A stretch of 62,957 nt of DNA from Octopus bimaculoides. Its lineage: Eukaryota. The stretch covers positions 38,456,054 to 38,519,010 of the forward strand of contig NC_068997.1 in NCBI RefSeq assembly GCF_001194135.2. The letters are read 5' to 3'. The stretch's first letter is position 1; every line of letters starts with the position of its first letter. The notes beneath the pieces were generated by a model. It was not told where the DNA came from, searched no databases, and saw nothing but the letters and a program-made list of their open reading frames with translations. Of the stretch, positions 11,915 through 24,434 are shown one piece after another. Made by a program: the position numbers and the translations under genes.

Positions 11915-12821
11915 AACATCAATCGATGAAAATAGTTGAAGTAATTGGAGGTTCTTGAAATGACTGCATAAATTGAGAGAGCACTGACAACGCTATTGAG
12001 ATTTGTTTGCATGAAGCTTTGGTGGACTTCACTTCAGAAGTCGTACTAAATCTAATTGTCACAGGAGTCTGGAATTAGAAAATTTATTTACCTACTGCAA
12101 ATTGTCAGAAAACATCCGAGTGTTATTGGTTGGAAAATATTTCAACATTTTTAAAGATTTAATCCAGTTGAGAGTGTAACAACTAAATAATTACCAGATC
12201 AATAATAAAGCCGAAATGAACGAGTATATAGTGCGTGCATTTATTTAGCAAAAAGGAAAAACTGACCGTCCCGAAATATAACAATAAGAGGAGAAATAAA
12301 TCTTTAAAAATGATGGTATCTATTTACTTTTGAGGTGTCTGTGTACAAGATCGAACATTTACTAGCGTTGGGAAATAAAATGGTTTAAATTTTTCTAGCT
12401 AACACACTGCATTGAATATATTTACCATTAAACAATTCTATTTTCCTATTCCAACAAATATACGGTTATATATTTACTTAGTATTTCCTTATTCATCACT
12501 ACTTCGGTAAATATGATGACGGTTATGGTTTAAACACCAAATAAAACCAAAACACGTCTGCAGTTATCGAGAAAATATAAATAATGTTTTAATTTTTTTA
12601 TTTATGTTTTCTCATCGCAGTTTTAGTTCTGATTCGCATTTAAAATTCCTTGCGTTAAATACGTGAATGCTAAGCAACTATTTAATGTAACTAAGCCTTT
12701 TATGGGTGCGTCGAACCGATCAGGTACAATCTTAATATATATCATTCAGTCCTCAAAATGGTGTGCGATGTTCTTGGTTTTATTAAAGAAAATGGGTTAA
12801 TCTACTGAACCGTTTTAAATA

Positions 12822-13205
12822 TCTTTTACTTGTTTCAGTCATTAGACTTCGCCCATGCTGGAATGCCACCTTGGAGGACTTTTAGTCGAAAGAATCGACA
12901 CCAATACATATTTCTTGTTAAGCCTAGTATTTATTCTATCGACGCCTTTTGTCGAACCGCTAAGTTACGGGAACGTAAACACGCTAAGACCAGTTGTCAA
13001 GCAGTGATGGGGTACAATCACAGACACGAATGAACACACACACACACACACACACATATACATATACGACGGGCTTCTTTTCAGTTTCCGTCTACCAAAT
13101 CCAATCACTAGACTTTGGTCGGCCCGATACTATAGTAGAAGACATTTGCTCGAAGTGCCACGCAGTAGGACTGAACCCGGAACCATGTGGTTGGGAAGCA
13201 AGCAA
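12822..13205 (-). mobile_element. SINE family A, near full length
   Basis: tRNA-like head (13050-13205), internal (TG/TA)n, and a 3' half (cttagcggttcgacaaaag...) also seen at 34190-34271. Confidence 0.85.
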
Positions 13206-13681
13206 TTTATCAGAGTCACGCGTACGCTTATAATTTAAAATTAATGATTATATATCTTATAATTTAAAATTAATGATTATATATCTTTACAATTATAAAA
13301 TCATATAAAATTATTTTACTTTGCTATAAAGTGTACATGATTATTCAAAGTGGTTATATGTTCAGGCCGCTTGAATATTGCGTGTTAGTCTCTATTCAGA
13401 GAAGTTAAGAATCCTTTAGCAAGCTGCAAGTTAAATGTCTGACTTAAATATATATATTTGGAAATTATTAATTTCTGTAATCTCAGCCGAAGTCAACGCA
13501 AGTTGGATAAGTCGTTAAATTCTAATTGTTCAAAGCTGTACTTATGACACACTGAACTTTCCTGTCCTACGTAGCATGATTAGAATTTTTTGTTATTTAT
13601 AGGTTTGATTATGCAAACAGGAAAAATAGAACTCAAAATATGAGTATATGTATATTTTTTTATTAAGATTTAGTAGAAATG

Positions 13682-13862
13682 AGGGCGACGAACTAGCAGT
13701 ATCGTTCGCACGACGTTCTGAGTTCAAATTCCGCCGAGGTTGACTATGCCTTTCATCCTTTTGGGGTCGATAAAATAAGTACCAGTTGAGTTCCGGGGTC
13801 GATGTTATCGACTTACCTTCTCTCCCAAAATTGTTCCGCTACTGCCAAAATTTGAAACCAAT
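13682..13862 (+). mobile_element. SINE family B
   Basis: agggcgacgaactagcagtatcgtt head; gagttcaaattccgccgagg; gcctttcatccttttggggtcgataaaataagtaccag; aaaatttgaaacc tail. Confidence 0.9.
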
Positions 13863-15986
13863 ATTTAATGGAAGCAAGAGAATGACATGACTCAAGTACC
13901 GAGAGTTTCGTGCGATGGCACTTATCAACACTGCCTGGATGATCGAGATACAAATGCTATCATATATATACTACACAACACTTAAAAACAATGTACATTC
14001 ATCCCTGGAATGCCAGTGTTTCATCAATCATTAGTTTTTATGTGGAACAGTTGACGCCGACTGGTTGTCTTATCTTAAGTTCTCAGTTCTTTATTTCTTA
14101 GTTTATGCTGACTGTGTGATCTACTTAAATCCTCTCTCCTCCTCCTCCTCCTCATCATCATCATCATCTCAACTTTTCGTAAGCGGTTGTTGTTTACTAT
14201 TTGATATGATAATCATTATCACTCATCAGCAATATCGTTTTTTCCTTCGCACCTAAACAGACCACACCAGGAGTCCGAATGTATATTAAAACCGAGTAGG
14301 AACTTTTATCCATAATGTTTTCTTCTTATGATGGATGCTCATTCATCAAATTGAATACCCTCAGGCATGAAGTATTTTCAACTAGGGACAATGAACTGCC
14401 CAAAGTAAGTAATCAAGAAAACATGCATCGATGTTGATACTTTCACTGCTGTTGCCTTGAGAATTAGAGATGCAGTGCCACCTGTATGACCCTCAAAATA
14501 AACACTAGTAATCTGCTGCAGTTGAATTATTCGATAATCCATCTTGCCCATGTATATAGGGAGAATGTCAATAATCTCATTTTAGTTAATATAGTAAACG
14601 GTATGCACTACAACATTTAATGTTTCGCTTATTTATCTTTATAAGACCTGCAAGACAAGCATTAGAAAAGCAAGAGAATCATTTGTGAATTATTTGACTT
14701 GAAAGCTATCTCGCCTCTCAAATTTCAGTTTGCCTTGATGGTCTCTTGTCAAGAGGATCTCTTCTAACTTTGCAGAATCCTCTCATCTGTAATTCAATCA
14801 ATATATTTCTATAAGTATCACTCTTGTAGATCCCTCATTGACTGTTCGCTTTGCTTCTAATTTTATCCTACACATACACAGCAATATTCTTTCTCAATTT
14901 TTCTTCTTAACTCTCCAGTATTGAGATCAATTGTGAACATTCGTATCGTTCCAAGCCAAGCTTCTATTTGAATCAAATAATGTGCGCTCGAGAAACTCCT
15001 CTTATGCCAACTAAACTTTTCAATCTCTCCCTCTCTCTTTCGAAATCTGTCACAACCAATAAAAATATACCTCCAAGAAACACAATGTCTTTAACCTTGT
15101 TAACTACTTTTTATAATTGTAACTTTTAATAATTCAAAAGTAATAAAAACAGTTGTCAACTACTTTCTTTATTGCACAGAGTCTCCTCTTCATAGTATCC
15201 ATGAATATAGTTTTAGGTGAGCGAAATATACTAAAGAAGTGATTTCTCTATAACAGTACAAGAAGTGGCCATCCCTCATGATAGATGTTTACCTGGTGAT
15301 AAATACCTGTGCATAGTAGGTTTAACGTAGAATTCATTCTGGCTACGCATGCAAACAGCCAATATTCAGAACCTAAATCTGAATCCAAAAGCAAGATGGA
15401 CTGAGACCATCAGATTACAGGGATCTGGGATTGATTACTAGAAAAGATTTGAACTTAAAACTACAGGTTAATGAATAACTTATGAGTTTGACAGTTCTGC
15501 CTTTGTTTTATGAAACACCTGCCTGTCCATATATGTGTGTGTGTGTGTGCGCGCGCGCTTGTGCGTGTGTGTGTTCTTGTTCTATCCCGATTGCACGGTT
15601 GTTTTATGGTTTTATTTAACGGTATTTCATTATCAGTGTATATAACATGTTTCATTTACGTATTTTTTAAATATTTTTCTTTTTAATTTTTTGATTCATT
15701 GTAAGTCACTTTATCGCTTATAGGAGAAGAGTTCTCATAATAACCCAGTTCTTGTGTCGACGAGTAACACACTGCAACTACCAAAATGTATTCTAATAGA
15801 AATAAGTGAAACGGAGATTAAAAAACGAGTTGCCTTTTTCAGAAGTCACCTAACTAGACACATCTGCACCTATGATGCACCACAACTGTTTGTACAGTAT
15901 TTCATCCTTGAGACACCAGTGCACGATGGATCGAAACGATCGTAGTGAATAATAAAGTATCTCGTGAATTCCATCTTCTTCCTCCC

Positions 15987-16019
<33 letters not shown>

Positions 16020-16879
16020 AACACCCAAGAAAATGAAAAGGTGTTGGCAACAGCCGTACAATAATGTTCAGTTTTTTAATGCTAGTTAGTACTATTATAC
16101 CAATTTTAACTTTTTTTCAATAAGAGTAGAAACGGTAATTTATGATCTCTGCCAATTAGAAGAGATTAATATTCAATTTCTTTCACCCCTGCAAGCTTTA
16201 GCAACTTGTCGAGACTGATGCTCAGTTCGAACATTTGTAGGTCGCTTCCAGCAGGTAAAAGTCTCTACAGTACTCTTTGAGATGCAATTCAAGAAATGTT
16301 AAATGCATACATGTATACATGAATACATGTGTAGCAGGGAATGCCTATGTATTTACGATCATGAAAGACTTACACATTTTCATTTTTTTTCCTTCCTTTT
16401 TCCTTAGCCGCTAAGGTTTACCCCCCCCCCCCTTTTTTTTACTGTTCTTTGTATTGTTCCCTTTTTGTCGCTCTTAATTATTTATTATACATTTTCTTGT
16501 CAAGTTGTCTCGTCTCTACCGTTATCTATATTTAACTGCCAAATATTTAACTAGATATCCTCGGTTCTTCTTTGTCTCGTCTTCAAAACTTATCGACGAT
16601 ATCCACGGTTAATCACAAAGACTATGGTTAAGCATACAGAACAACAGTATGCAAATCCCTAAATCTCAATACCCAGTGAAATGAAAATTCCTCCGTTTCC
16701 ACGTTTTGTTTTATTTATTTATTTTTATTTATTTATTTATTTTCGCTTTGTGCCTTTCTCAAATTCTCATACCAATGCACATAGCCCTTCCCATCCACTA
16801 CTATCAGGATTTTGTCAACTTGCTATGACATTATTATTGCTTGTTCTTCTCTCCCTTTCTTTCACTATTTTTCTCCATC

Positions 16880-16970
16880 GTCCATCTCTCTCTCTCTTTC
16901 TTTCTTTCTCTCTCTCTCTTCCTCCCTCTTTCTCTCTCCCTTTCTCTCTCTCTTCCTCACTCTCTCTCTG

Positions 16971-17018
<48 letters not shown>

Positions 17019-17035
17019 CCTCTCTCTCTCTTACT
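16880..17035. repeat. (TC)n/(TCT)n pyrimidine microsatellite
   Basis: Directly visible. Confidence 0.95.
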
Positions 17036-17192
17036 CACTCATTCCGCTTTCTGTCTATTTCCTTTACTTTCCTTTACTCTTCCTACTTTCGTTCTGATAT
17101 CACTCAATCCTTTTTCAATACTACGCTGCAAGCAAGGAGGCGAACTGGTAGAAACGTCAGCACCTCGGGCGAAATGCTTAGCGGTATTTCGT

Positions 17193-18888
17193 CTCCGTGA
17201 ATTATTGTGAATTATTGTGAATACTGTTGTGTTACTTTGTGAAAACTATGTGAATTACTGTAAGTTGTCTCTGTAAATAACTGTGATTCTTTGTGGAATT
17301 ATTGCTGTTACGTTTCACGCGAGCCGCTGCATTTTTTCCCCAGCTATGGCAAGTGGTAGTGTCACCAGTATGGAGAGCTACGCCAGGGTCAATGCGTCGA
17401 GGAAGCCAGTGCCGCTGGAAACCAAGTTGATCAAGTTGGATATGGAAGAGGTGAGCAGAAGCAGGAATTTGATAGAAGTAGAGGGAGACTCATACAAATT
17501 GTACCCCGCAAAAGAGACTAAAGAAGACAACATTCTGAGGACAGTTGTGTATCGTACACAAGCTGTCGAAACCTGTAAAATTGAAATAGTGACGGAAGAG
17601 GAAATCGAGGAATGCGTGGGTGAAATTGTGAATGAAGCCACGTACATCAACAGAGGAAGAAAGTTCGGTACGGTAGAGGTGAGGTTCACCACTATAGAAG
17701 AGGCAACCAAGCATGCGACCAACATTTTAAGAAGTACAAAAATAGCATTACTACCAAGTTATAGAGGAAGAAGTGTGAAAATACGTATTCCCAGAGTTAC
17801 ACCAGAAATTAAACCAGAGTGATTGGTTGCAACAGTGCTGCCTGCAACCAAGGAGGAGCCGGAATTGGGACCAGTGGCGAAATCAAAAGTGCGCAAATGG
17901 TGGGGATTTGGACTCGAAATGTGGCTTTTTGCCACATTCGAGGACATAGAAAGAATTTCCTACCAGATAGAAGTGGAGGATGAGAGAACGTTAAATGTTG
18001 TAGTCGAGGGAAGGAAACCAAATTGCTACATATGCGGGGAAAGAGGTCATATGAAGACCAAATGCCCCCTATATGAGTTCACACAGCCACAGCAAGAGAA
18101 AGCACAAGCAGAGGAAGAAAACATTGTAGACCACACTGAGGAAATGAAAGAGAGACAGAAGTGTGAAACAGAGAAAATAAGGAGAAGAACGAAAATGGAG
18201 CTACTAACCCTAAAAAGCGAAAGAAAAATAAGTCAAAGGAACGGTCAACAGAAAACATAAAAGGGATAGAAAAGCAAGAAACTAATAATGTACAAGAAGA
18301 GGAGGAAAGAACGGATAAAGATGTCCAATACAAGGGGGTTTTGATAAAGTACGAGAATTGCCAGCAGATGGAAAGGAAAGTCGAGAGGTTGGAGGAAATA
18401 ATAAGAGGGAAGATGCCAGAGAAATGTGCTGAGAAATGCATTTTGATACATGAGGAAAACTACTGGGAGTACATAAAAGAACTTGGTGAAAATATAACGA
18501 TAAGGGTATGGTTGGTGGAGACACCACCCCCTAGAACTGATTATTTGCACTTGATAAACACACAAGTAACAGTGGTTAATGGGAGAAAGGTAACACGAGT
18601 GTTTCAATTGTTTGGGTTGCAAAACAGTTAACATGTTTACATGATGTTTAACGTAAAAGTGAAAAACTGGATAAATGTAACCACCCGACTTCGGGGTTCG
18701 AGTGGACATTGCGCCTCATATTTTCATTCTTGCATATTGTCATTTTATTTTAATTTTTCTTCTACTATTATCATTTGTTTTTGTATTTTTAGTTCCCCGA
18801 TTTTATGTTTGTTGCGTTTTGTACCGTCTTTATGTTTTGCGATGTCTTAAACATTTTTTGTATAGCCCTTTATGGGTAATAAAGAAAT
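17193..18888 (+). mobile_element. ORF1-only non-LTR retroelement (HAL1-like, probably Tx1/L1-derived)
   Basis: Bounded by an 11-bp TSD; single gag-like ORF; ends ccctttatggg-t-AATAAA-gaaat (AATAAA at 18878-18883). No endonuclease or RT motifs and no room for an ORF2. Confidence 0.8.
17346..18631 (+). pseudogene. gag-like ORF1p with CCHC zinc knuckle (about 428 aa when reconstructed)
   Basis: ATG at 17346. One in-frame TGA (17820-17822, KPE*LVA, probably TGG). CYICGERGHMKTKC = CX2CX4HX4C at 18024-18065. One frameshift between 18167 and 18257. NLS-like PKKRKK. Stop at 18629-18631. Confidence 0.8.
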
Positions 18889-20333
18889 CGGTATTTCGTG
18901 TGTCTTTACGTTCTGAGTTCAAATTCCGCCGAGGTTGACTTTACCTTCCATCTTTTCAGGGTCAATAAAATAAGTACCAGTTGCGTACTGGGGTCGATCT
19001 AATCGTCTGGCTCCCTCCCCCAAAATTTCGGACCTTGTGCCTAGAGTAGAAAAGAATACTACTCGGCGAGCTTTTGTACGTCTTCATCGCATCTCTCGCT
19101 ACTTTCATTCTTTGGTCTACTCCTAACCATTCGATGTTTTAAAAAGTCTTATTATATTTCTTTCATTAGATACTATCGGGAATTGTATTAAAAATGCTTC
19201 ATTCTTCGTCCAAGCTACTGAGGCTTCGCCATATATTTTTGTAGTTCTTTGTGTTGTACTCCTTCCTGTCACATTTTCTTACATAGATGTCTCTACTGTC
19301 TTCCTGTTTAACTGCGAAATATTTAGCTATATCTCAGTTGTTCTTTGTCTCGTCTACACTGGATCTATCTTTATTCGCCCAATATCTATGATTGATGGCG
19401 TGGGCTATCCTTAGGCATTGATATCCTAAACGCGGAAACAGTAAATTCCTAGATCTTAACTGGTGGTGAAAGGAAAACTTTCTGATTACTTCATCTGTAT
19501 TTGTCTTACTCATTTTGCGCACGTTTTCTTCTATACATGAAATGTGTGTAGGTGTATATATATATATATATATATATATATNNNNNNNNNNNNNNNNNNN
19601 NNNNNNNNNNNNNNNNNNNNNNNNNNNNNNNNNNNNNNNNNNNNNNNNNNNNNNNNNNNNNNNNNNNNNNNNNNNNNNNNNNNNNNNNNNNNNNNNNNNN
19701 NNNNNNNNNNNNNNNNNNNNNNNNNNNNNNNNNNNNNNNNNNNNNNNNNNNNNNNNNNNNNNNNNNNNNNNNNNNNNNNNNNNNNNNNNNNNNNNNNNNN
19801 NNNNNNNNNNNNNNNNNNNNNNNNNNNNNNNNNNNNNNNNNNNNNNNNNNNNNNNNNNNNNNNNNNNNNNNNNNNNNNNNNNNNNNNNNNNNNNNNNNNN
19901 NNNNNNNNNNNNNNNNNNNNNNNNNNTATATATATATATATATATATATATTCATTTATTTATTTCTATATACATATATATATATATTTATTTATATACA
20001 TTTCGTATTGGTTTGCAAGATTTTTTATGTGAGTTTGTGTGTTGAAGCATATTTTGTTGTGTCTGGGGAGAGTCATTCTCTTTTAGTACCTTATAATTTA
20101 ACACACTCACCGGCAAAATTTCCACTCATTTCCTTATTTATTTTTCTAAAATTTTCGTTGCGTCTTGCAGCCTTTTCAATAGTTGTTCACTGTCCGTTAT
20201 TCACATTGCGTTCTTTTTGTTCGTTTGTACGCATGTGTGTGGGTCAGTGTGTGTGTGTATGCATACACATGTATGTATGCATATGTGTATATGCATGTAT
20301 GTGTGTGTGAATATGTATATATGTATGTATGTG

Positions 20334-20508
20334 TTATAGGAATAGTCAAGCAGTAATTTTTTATAGCATACTGACCACTTCATAAAAATCATTAGTGTGG
20401 TTTTTATCCTTATATTTTTTAATGGATTAATAAATAATTTAAACAAAATAATTTAATTATGTTTACTCCTGATTGGAAGAGCATTTACTGCTTGATTATT
20501 CCTATAAT
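20334..20508. repeat. small element with 23-24 bp terminal inverted repeats
   Basis: ttataggaatagtcaagcagtaa (20334-20356) versus ttactgcttgattatttcctataa (20485-20508): one mismatch and one indel. Confidence 0.6.
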
Positions 20509-20994
20509 ATACACGTTGGCTGTCGTGAGGGGATTTAAAAATTGACTTTCCTTGGATCTATACCTGCAAATATTCGTATGTAGAAGTGTGAACTTGCTTT
20601 GGATGGTATGTATAATTATCTGGCCTTATATCCTGCCACCCTGTGTATTGTGTTGACGAAGGAAGAAAGCTTATTGTTTGCTTTAATCCAGAAATGGAAA
20701 CCAATTTATAATTAGCGTGAGGTCATTTTTAATTTTCTCTCAATAGCCCGATTTCAGTCATGTGTATATTTAGCGGGAGTTTTTGGTAGCTTTTTAAGGT
20801 ATCGGCACTTCAAGTATGCTGGAGACAGGTCGTTTTCGCCCTGTCTCCCTTGATATAATTATATATATATATATATATATGTACATTATTATTAATTTAA
20901 TGTATTAATTGCCTATAAATTTTTATAGCATGCTGACTACTTGATGAAAATCATTAACGTGATTTTCATCCTTATATTCTTTTATGAATTAATA

Positions 20995-21027
<33 letters not shown>

Positions 21028-21649
21028 ACACATACAAGCAAAAACGAAATCCTTGATTTTTGGCAATAATAATGCCGAGGGAGTAGAATGACAAAGAAAA
21101 ATTCTGCACCCTGCAACTTCCTAAAAATTATTTAGAATAAAAAATAAACAAATATATATTCTACAAACAAATTCCAAATACAATTTAATTATCCCGGAGA
21201 AGTAATTTGATTTAGTAAACATTATTTGAAAGGCTTATGAAAATAATTATATTTGAATACTATTTGGTATAAAATATAACTGGAAAACAAGCAATTTTCT
21301 TGAAATTTCAATTTTTCTATTCTTGGCGTTTTTTAGTAACTCCGATACCACTACTGAATTGGGAAAAGAAATATTTATTTCAAATATTCAGTTTAATAAA
21401 TAATATTACATAGTGTACTTGTAGTTATCAAGAAAATAAATTCTTACTTGGCAGAAAACAGAGTAAATAGTTTTCATGTAATATCAAAATGGTGTATGGT
21501 CAACGCTCAGTTAAGATAATGTTTAATAGAGATATCAGCTTTACAAATACACTTTGGTTGGGCTGTTACGTAACAGCAAAGAGCAAAGTCAAGAAAAATA
21601 CAATTCATGTCTATGGAATGAGATACGAAACAAGAATGACCTCTCTCAT

Positions 21650-22088
21650 TTTGGATGTAAATCTGTGCTTAATATATCATTTATACAGGCCTTTACAATT
21701 GGACATTTGAAATAAATGTCTTCTATTGGAAATAAATGGATTCTATGGCAGCCATGATAATTCCATCTTAATGTATCTTGTTAATTTATGATGTAAAGTT
21801 GTAACCGATTCCACTATTTGCAACAATAGCAAGGAATGATGTGGAGGTGGCGAGGCAGATTTAAGCAAGGATTTCTATCACTTCAACCGATATGGTTCTG
21901 CATAGTCTGCATATTAAGCAAAGTGTCCTTTGTTTCGAAATCATGAACATAATCTCATTATCTCATTGTCCTAACAAAATTCAGCATGCGATAACCTTAT
22001 TCACACCGAGAATATATATATATATCGCTTAGGCATTGCATGACTTGTGTAGAACTCAATATGCGTTTGCTTCAGAACGAAGTGCTAG
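21650..22088 (+). mobile_element. decayed Helitron 3' remnant
   Basis: ARISITSTD..LCFEIMNI loosely resembles the PRIxLxPxD..FPVRLCFAMTINK helicase C-terminus. Ends with a cgtt..aacg hairpin and CTAG-T at 22085-22089. Confidence 0.4.
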
Positions 22089-22599
22089 TCGAGTATAAAG
22101 CGGTAATAAGAAAATGAGATCACAAAGGAATAAACGAGTGAAGTTCCTATGATAGTCGTTTATTTCTTTATTATTTCATTTTCACCTTCCAATTTTATTT
22201 TGTTATGTATATATACATATATATATATATATTTATATATATATATATATATATATNNNNNNNNNNNNNNNNNNNNNNNNNNNNNNNNNNNNNNNNNNNN
22301 NNNNNNNNNNNNNNNNNNNNNNNNNNNNNNNNNNNNNNNNNNNNNNNNNNNNNNNNNNNNNNNNNNNNNNNNNNNNNNNNNNNNNNNNNNNNNNNNNNNN
22401 NNNNNNNNNNNNNNNNNNNNNNNNNNNNNNNNNNNNNNNNNNNNNNNNNNNNNNNNNNNNNNNNNNNNNNNNNNNNNNNNNNNNNNNNNNNNNNNNNNNN
22501 NNNNNNNNNNNNNNNNNNNNNNNNNNNNNNNNNNNNNNNNNNNNNNNNNNNNNNNNNNNNNNNNNNNNNNNNNNNNNTATATATATATATATATGCATA

Positions 22600-23140
22600 T
22601 ACCTACACCATCATCGCCCGACCCCACCTTGAATACTGTTGCCCACTGTGGTCTACCCATGCGAAGCAACTCATTATGAAAGTGGAAGCACTCCAGAGGT
22701 CAATAACAAGACCGACAGAAGGCATGAGAGGCATTGACTATTGGCGTCGACTAAAAAAACTCAGTCTCTACTTTCTCCAACGCCGCGGGGAGCGCTACAT
22801 CCTTTGTGTGATGTGGAAAATATTCCATCAACTATTGCACACTACAGAAATCGAACTCAGAACACATAACAGCATTACGTCACAACTACTTTACCTCAAC
22901 TGGTCCGGCTCTCCTTAATACCATACCAAAATACGTCAAAACGGATCCCATAAAATTCAAAAGTTCACTGGACAAATTTCTTCAAAAAATCTCGGCCCAA
23001 CCTCCTACTCTCGATATGTCTCCAACAATAATAACTCTTTGCTAGAGTGGGCCATGGTGCCCCATATATGACGAAAAGACTTCACCAGGTGGTGCTATTA
23101 AGTTAGACATGGCCTGGGCTTATACTGGTCGAAACCTATC
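22600..23140 (+). mobile_element. CR1/L2-group LINE 3' fragment
   Basis: IIARPHLEYCCPLWSTHAKQLIMKVEALQRSITR..GIDYWRRLKKLSLYFLQRRGERY matches the RPHLEY..W..K.E.VQR.AT..L.Y.ERL..L.L.SL.RRR pattern. Confidence 0.85.
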
Positions 23141-24434
23141 AAAGTTATATATAAGAAATAGTGGCACATCAAGGTACTAATTTTTGCTGGAAATAGCAGT
23201 CGATAACCGTTCGACGCTAGGTAAAGCTTCACTGAATGTAGAGAGGCAAAGATGTGTGCGGACGGCAAATTTTAAAAATTGTCGTCTTACCTCTAGGAAG
23301 AACGCTGAGTTAATTCTATTAAAGGAAAAGGAAAACAAAACCAAAGCAGGACGAGTATCTCAGGTCATNNNNNNNNNNNNNNNNNNNNNNNNNNNNNNNN
23401 NNNNNNNNNNNNNNNNNNNNNNNNNNNNNNNNNNNNNNNNNNTAAATTTATGAATTGCCATTCTCATCAGTGTGAGGAATTATTGGAAGAACACCAAAAA
23501 AAGGTTTAATAAAATAGAATAAAATAAGATACAGATACAATAAAGGAGAATACAGATGGGGTAATAGGGAAAAATCGGGTATTTACAAACAAGTTGTAAA
23601 AGGGAAAAATAACAGTTATAATAATATTGATACGTATCAATATTATGCAAGTTTATATGTGCTGCAAACTATAACATAAAAATAAAAGTCTAACGGATAT
23701 GTTTAAAGAAATACTGACAGGTCGCGACGAAGTATAATGTAAACAAGGTCACGTGTGTATAGTAGAATATAACGCAACAGAGAAAAACCATAGAGAGTTA
23801 TGCGTATACATATTGATATTGATAAAACGAAAAAATATATATATTACAAGACGCTAAAGGTGATAGGCAAGACTATGCTTGAAAAAGGTACAATGTTTAA
23901 GTAAACATGTACATACAAGCAGAGAAAATATCTAAAAGAACTTAGCAAACAAGAAGCATCGATAACAGACAGGACCGGTCGGTGTATTCAAGAGAGTTAC
24001 CTTACTCAAAAACTAGCCCGGGGTAGAGGAGACAATCAGAAAGAAATAGGAACAAAAACGAATATATGAAGGAGAAAATTATTATTAAATTACAAGCGGT
24101 AGAAAAAACGTATGCACTTAACACATAAGGATATACAGTCATACATATATACATACATACACACATACACGACATACACACATACACACACACAAAACGT
24201 GCTTACACTCACATATACACATATAAGGGAGCAAGTGTAAGTGAAGATACATGTAAAATAAAGGAGTACGTACTCACATAAGACGTATATATATAGCCTG
24301 ATAGACTCGGCTATGTCAAGATGGATTCATGTATTCCTCCCACTTGGATTTTTATGTATTCTTTCTCCCACTTGGATTTGAAATGTTGCCACAATTATAA
24401 TATGTCTATTCTACTGTTATTTTCTGCATTTTCG

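Larger units (their letters stand above)
17135..19057 (+). mobile_element. SINE family B split by a 1.7-kb insertion (pieces 17135-17192 and 18889-19057)
   Basis: The head stops at cggtatttcgt (17182-17192) and resumes after an identical copy (18889-18899) with tgtctttacgttctgagttcaaattcc. The SINE's own TSD survives at 17117-17133 and 19055-19071 (14/17 identical). Confidence 0.9.

Noticed and set aside
14185-14232. CTGATGA followed by a gtgataa/ttatcat hairpin (minus strand)
   Set aside because: No GAAA after the stem and no stem I.
23443-23475. CTGATGA gaatggcaattcat on the minus strand (possible hammerhead 5' half)
   Set aside because: The GAAA half would lie in gap 23369-23442, so it cannot be evaluated.
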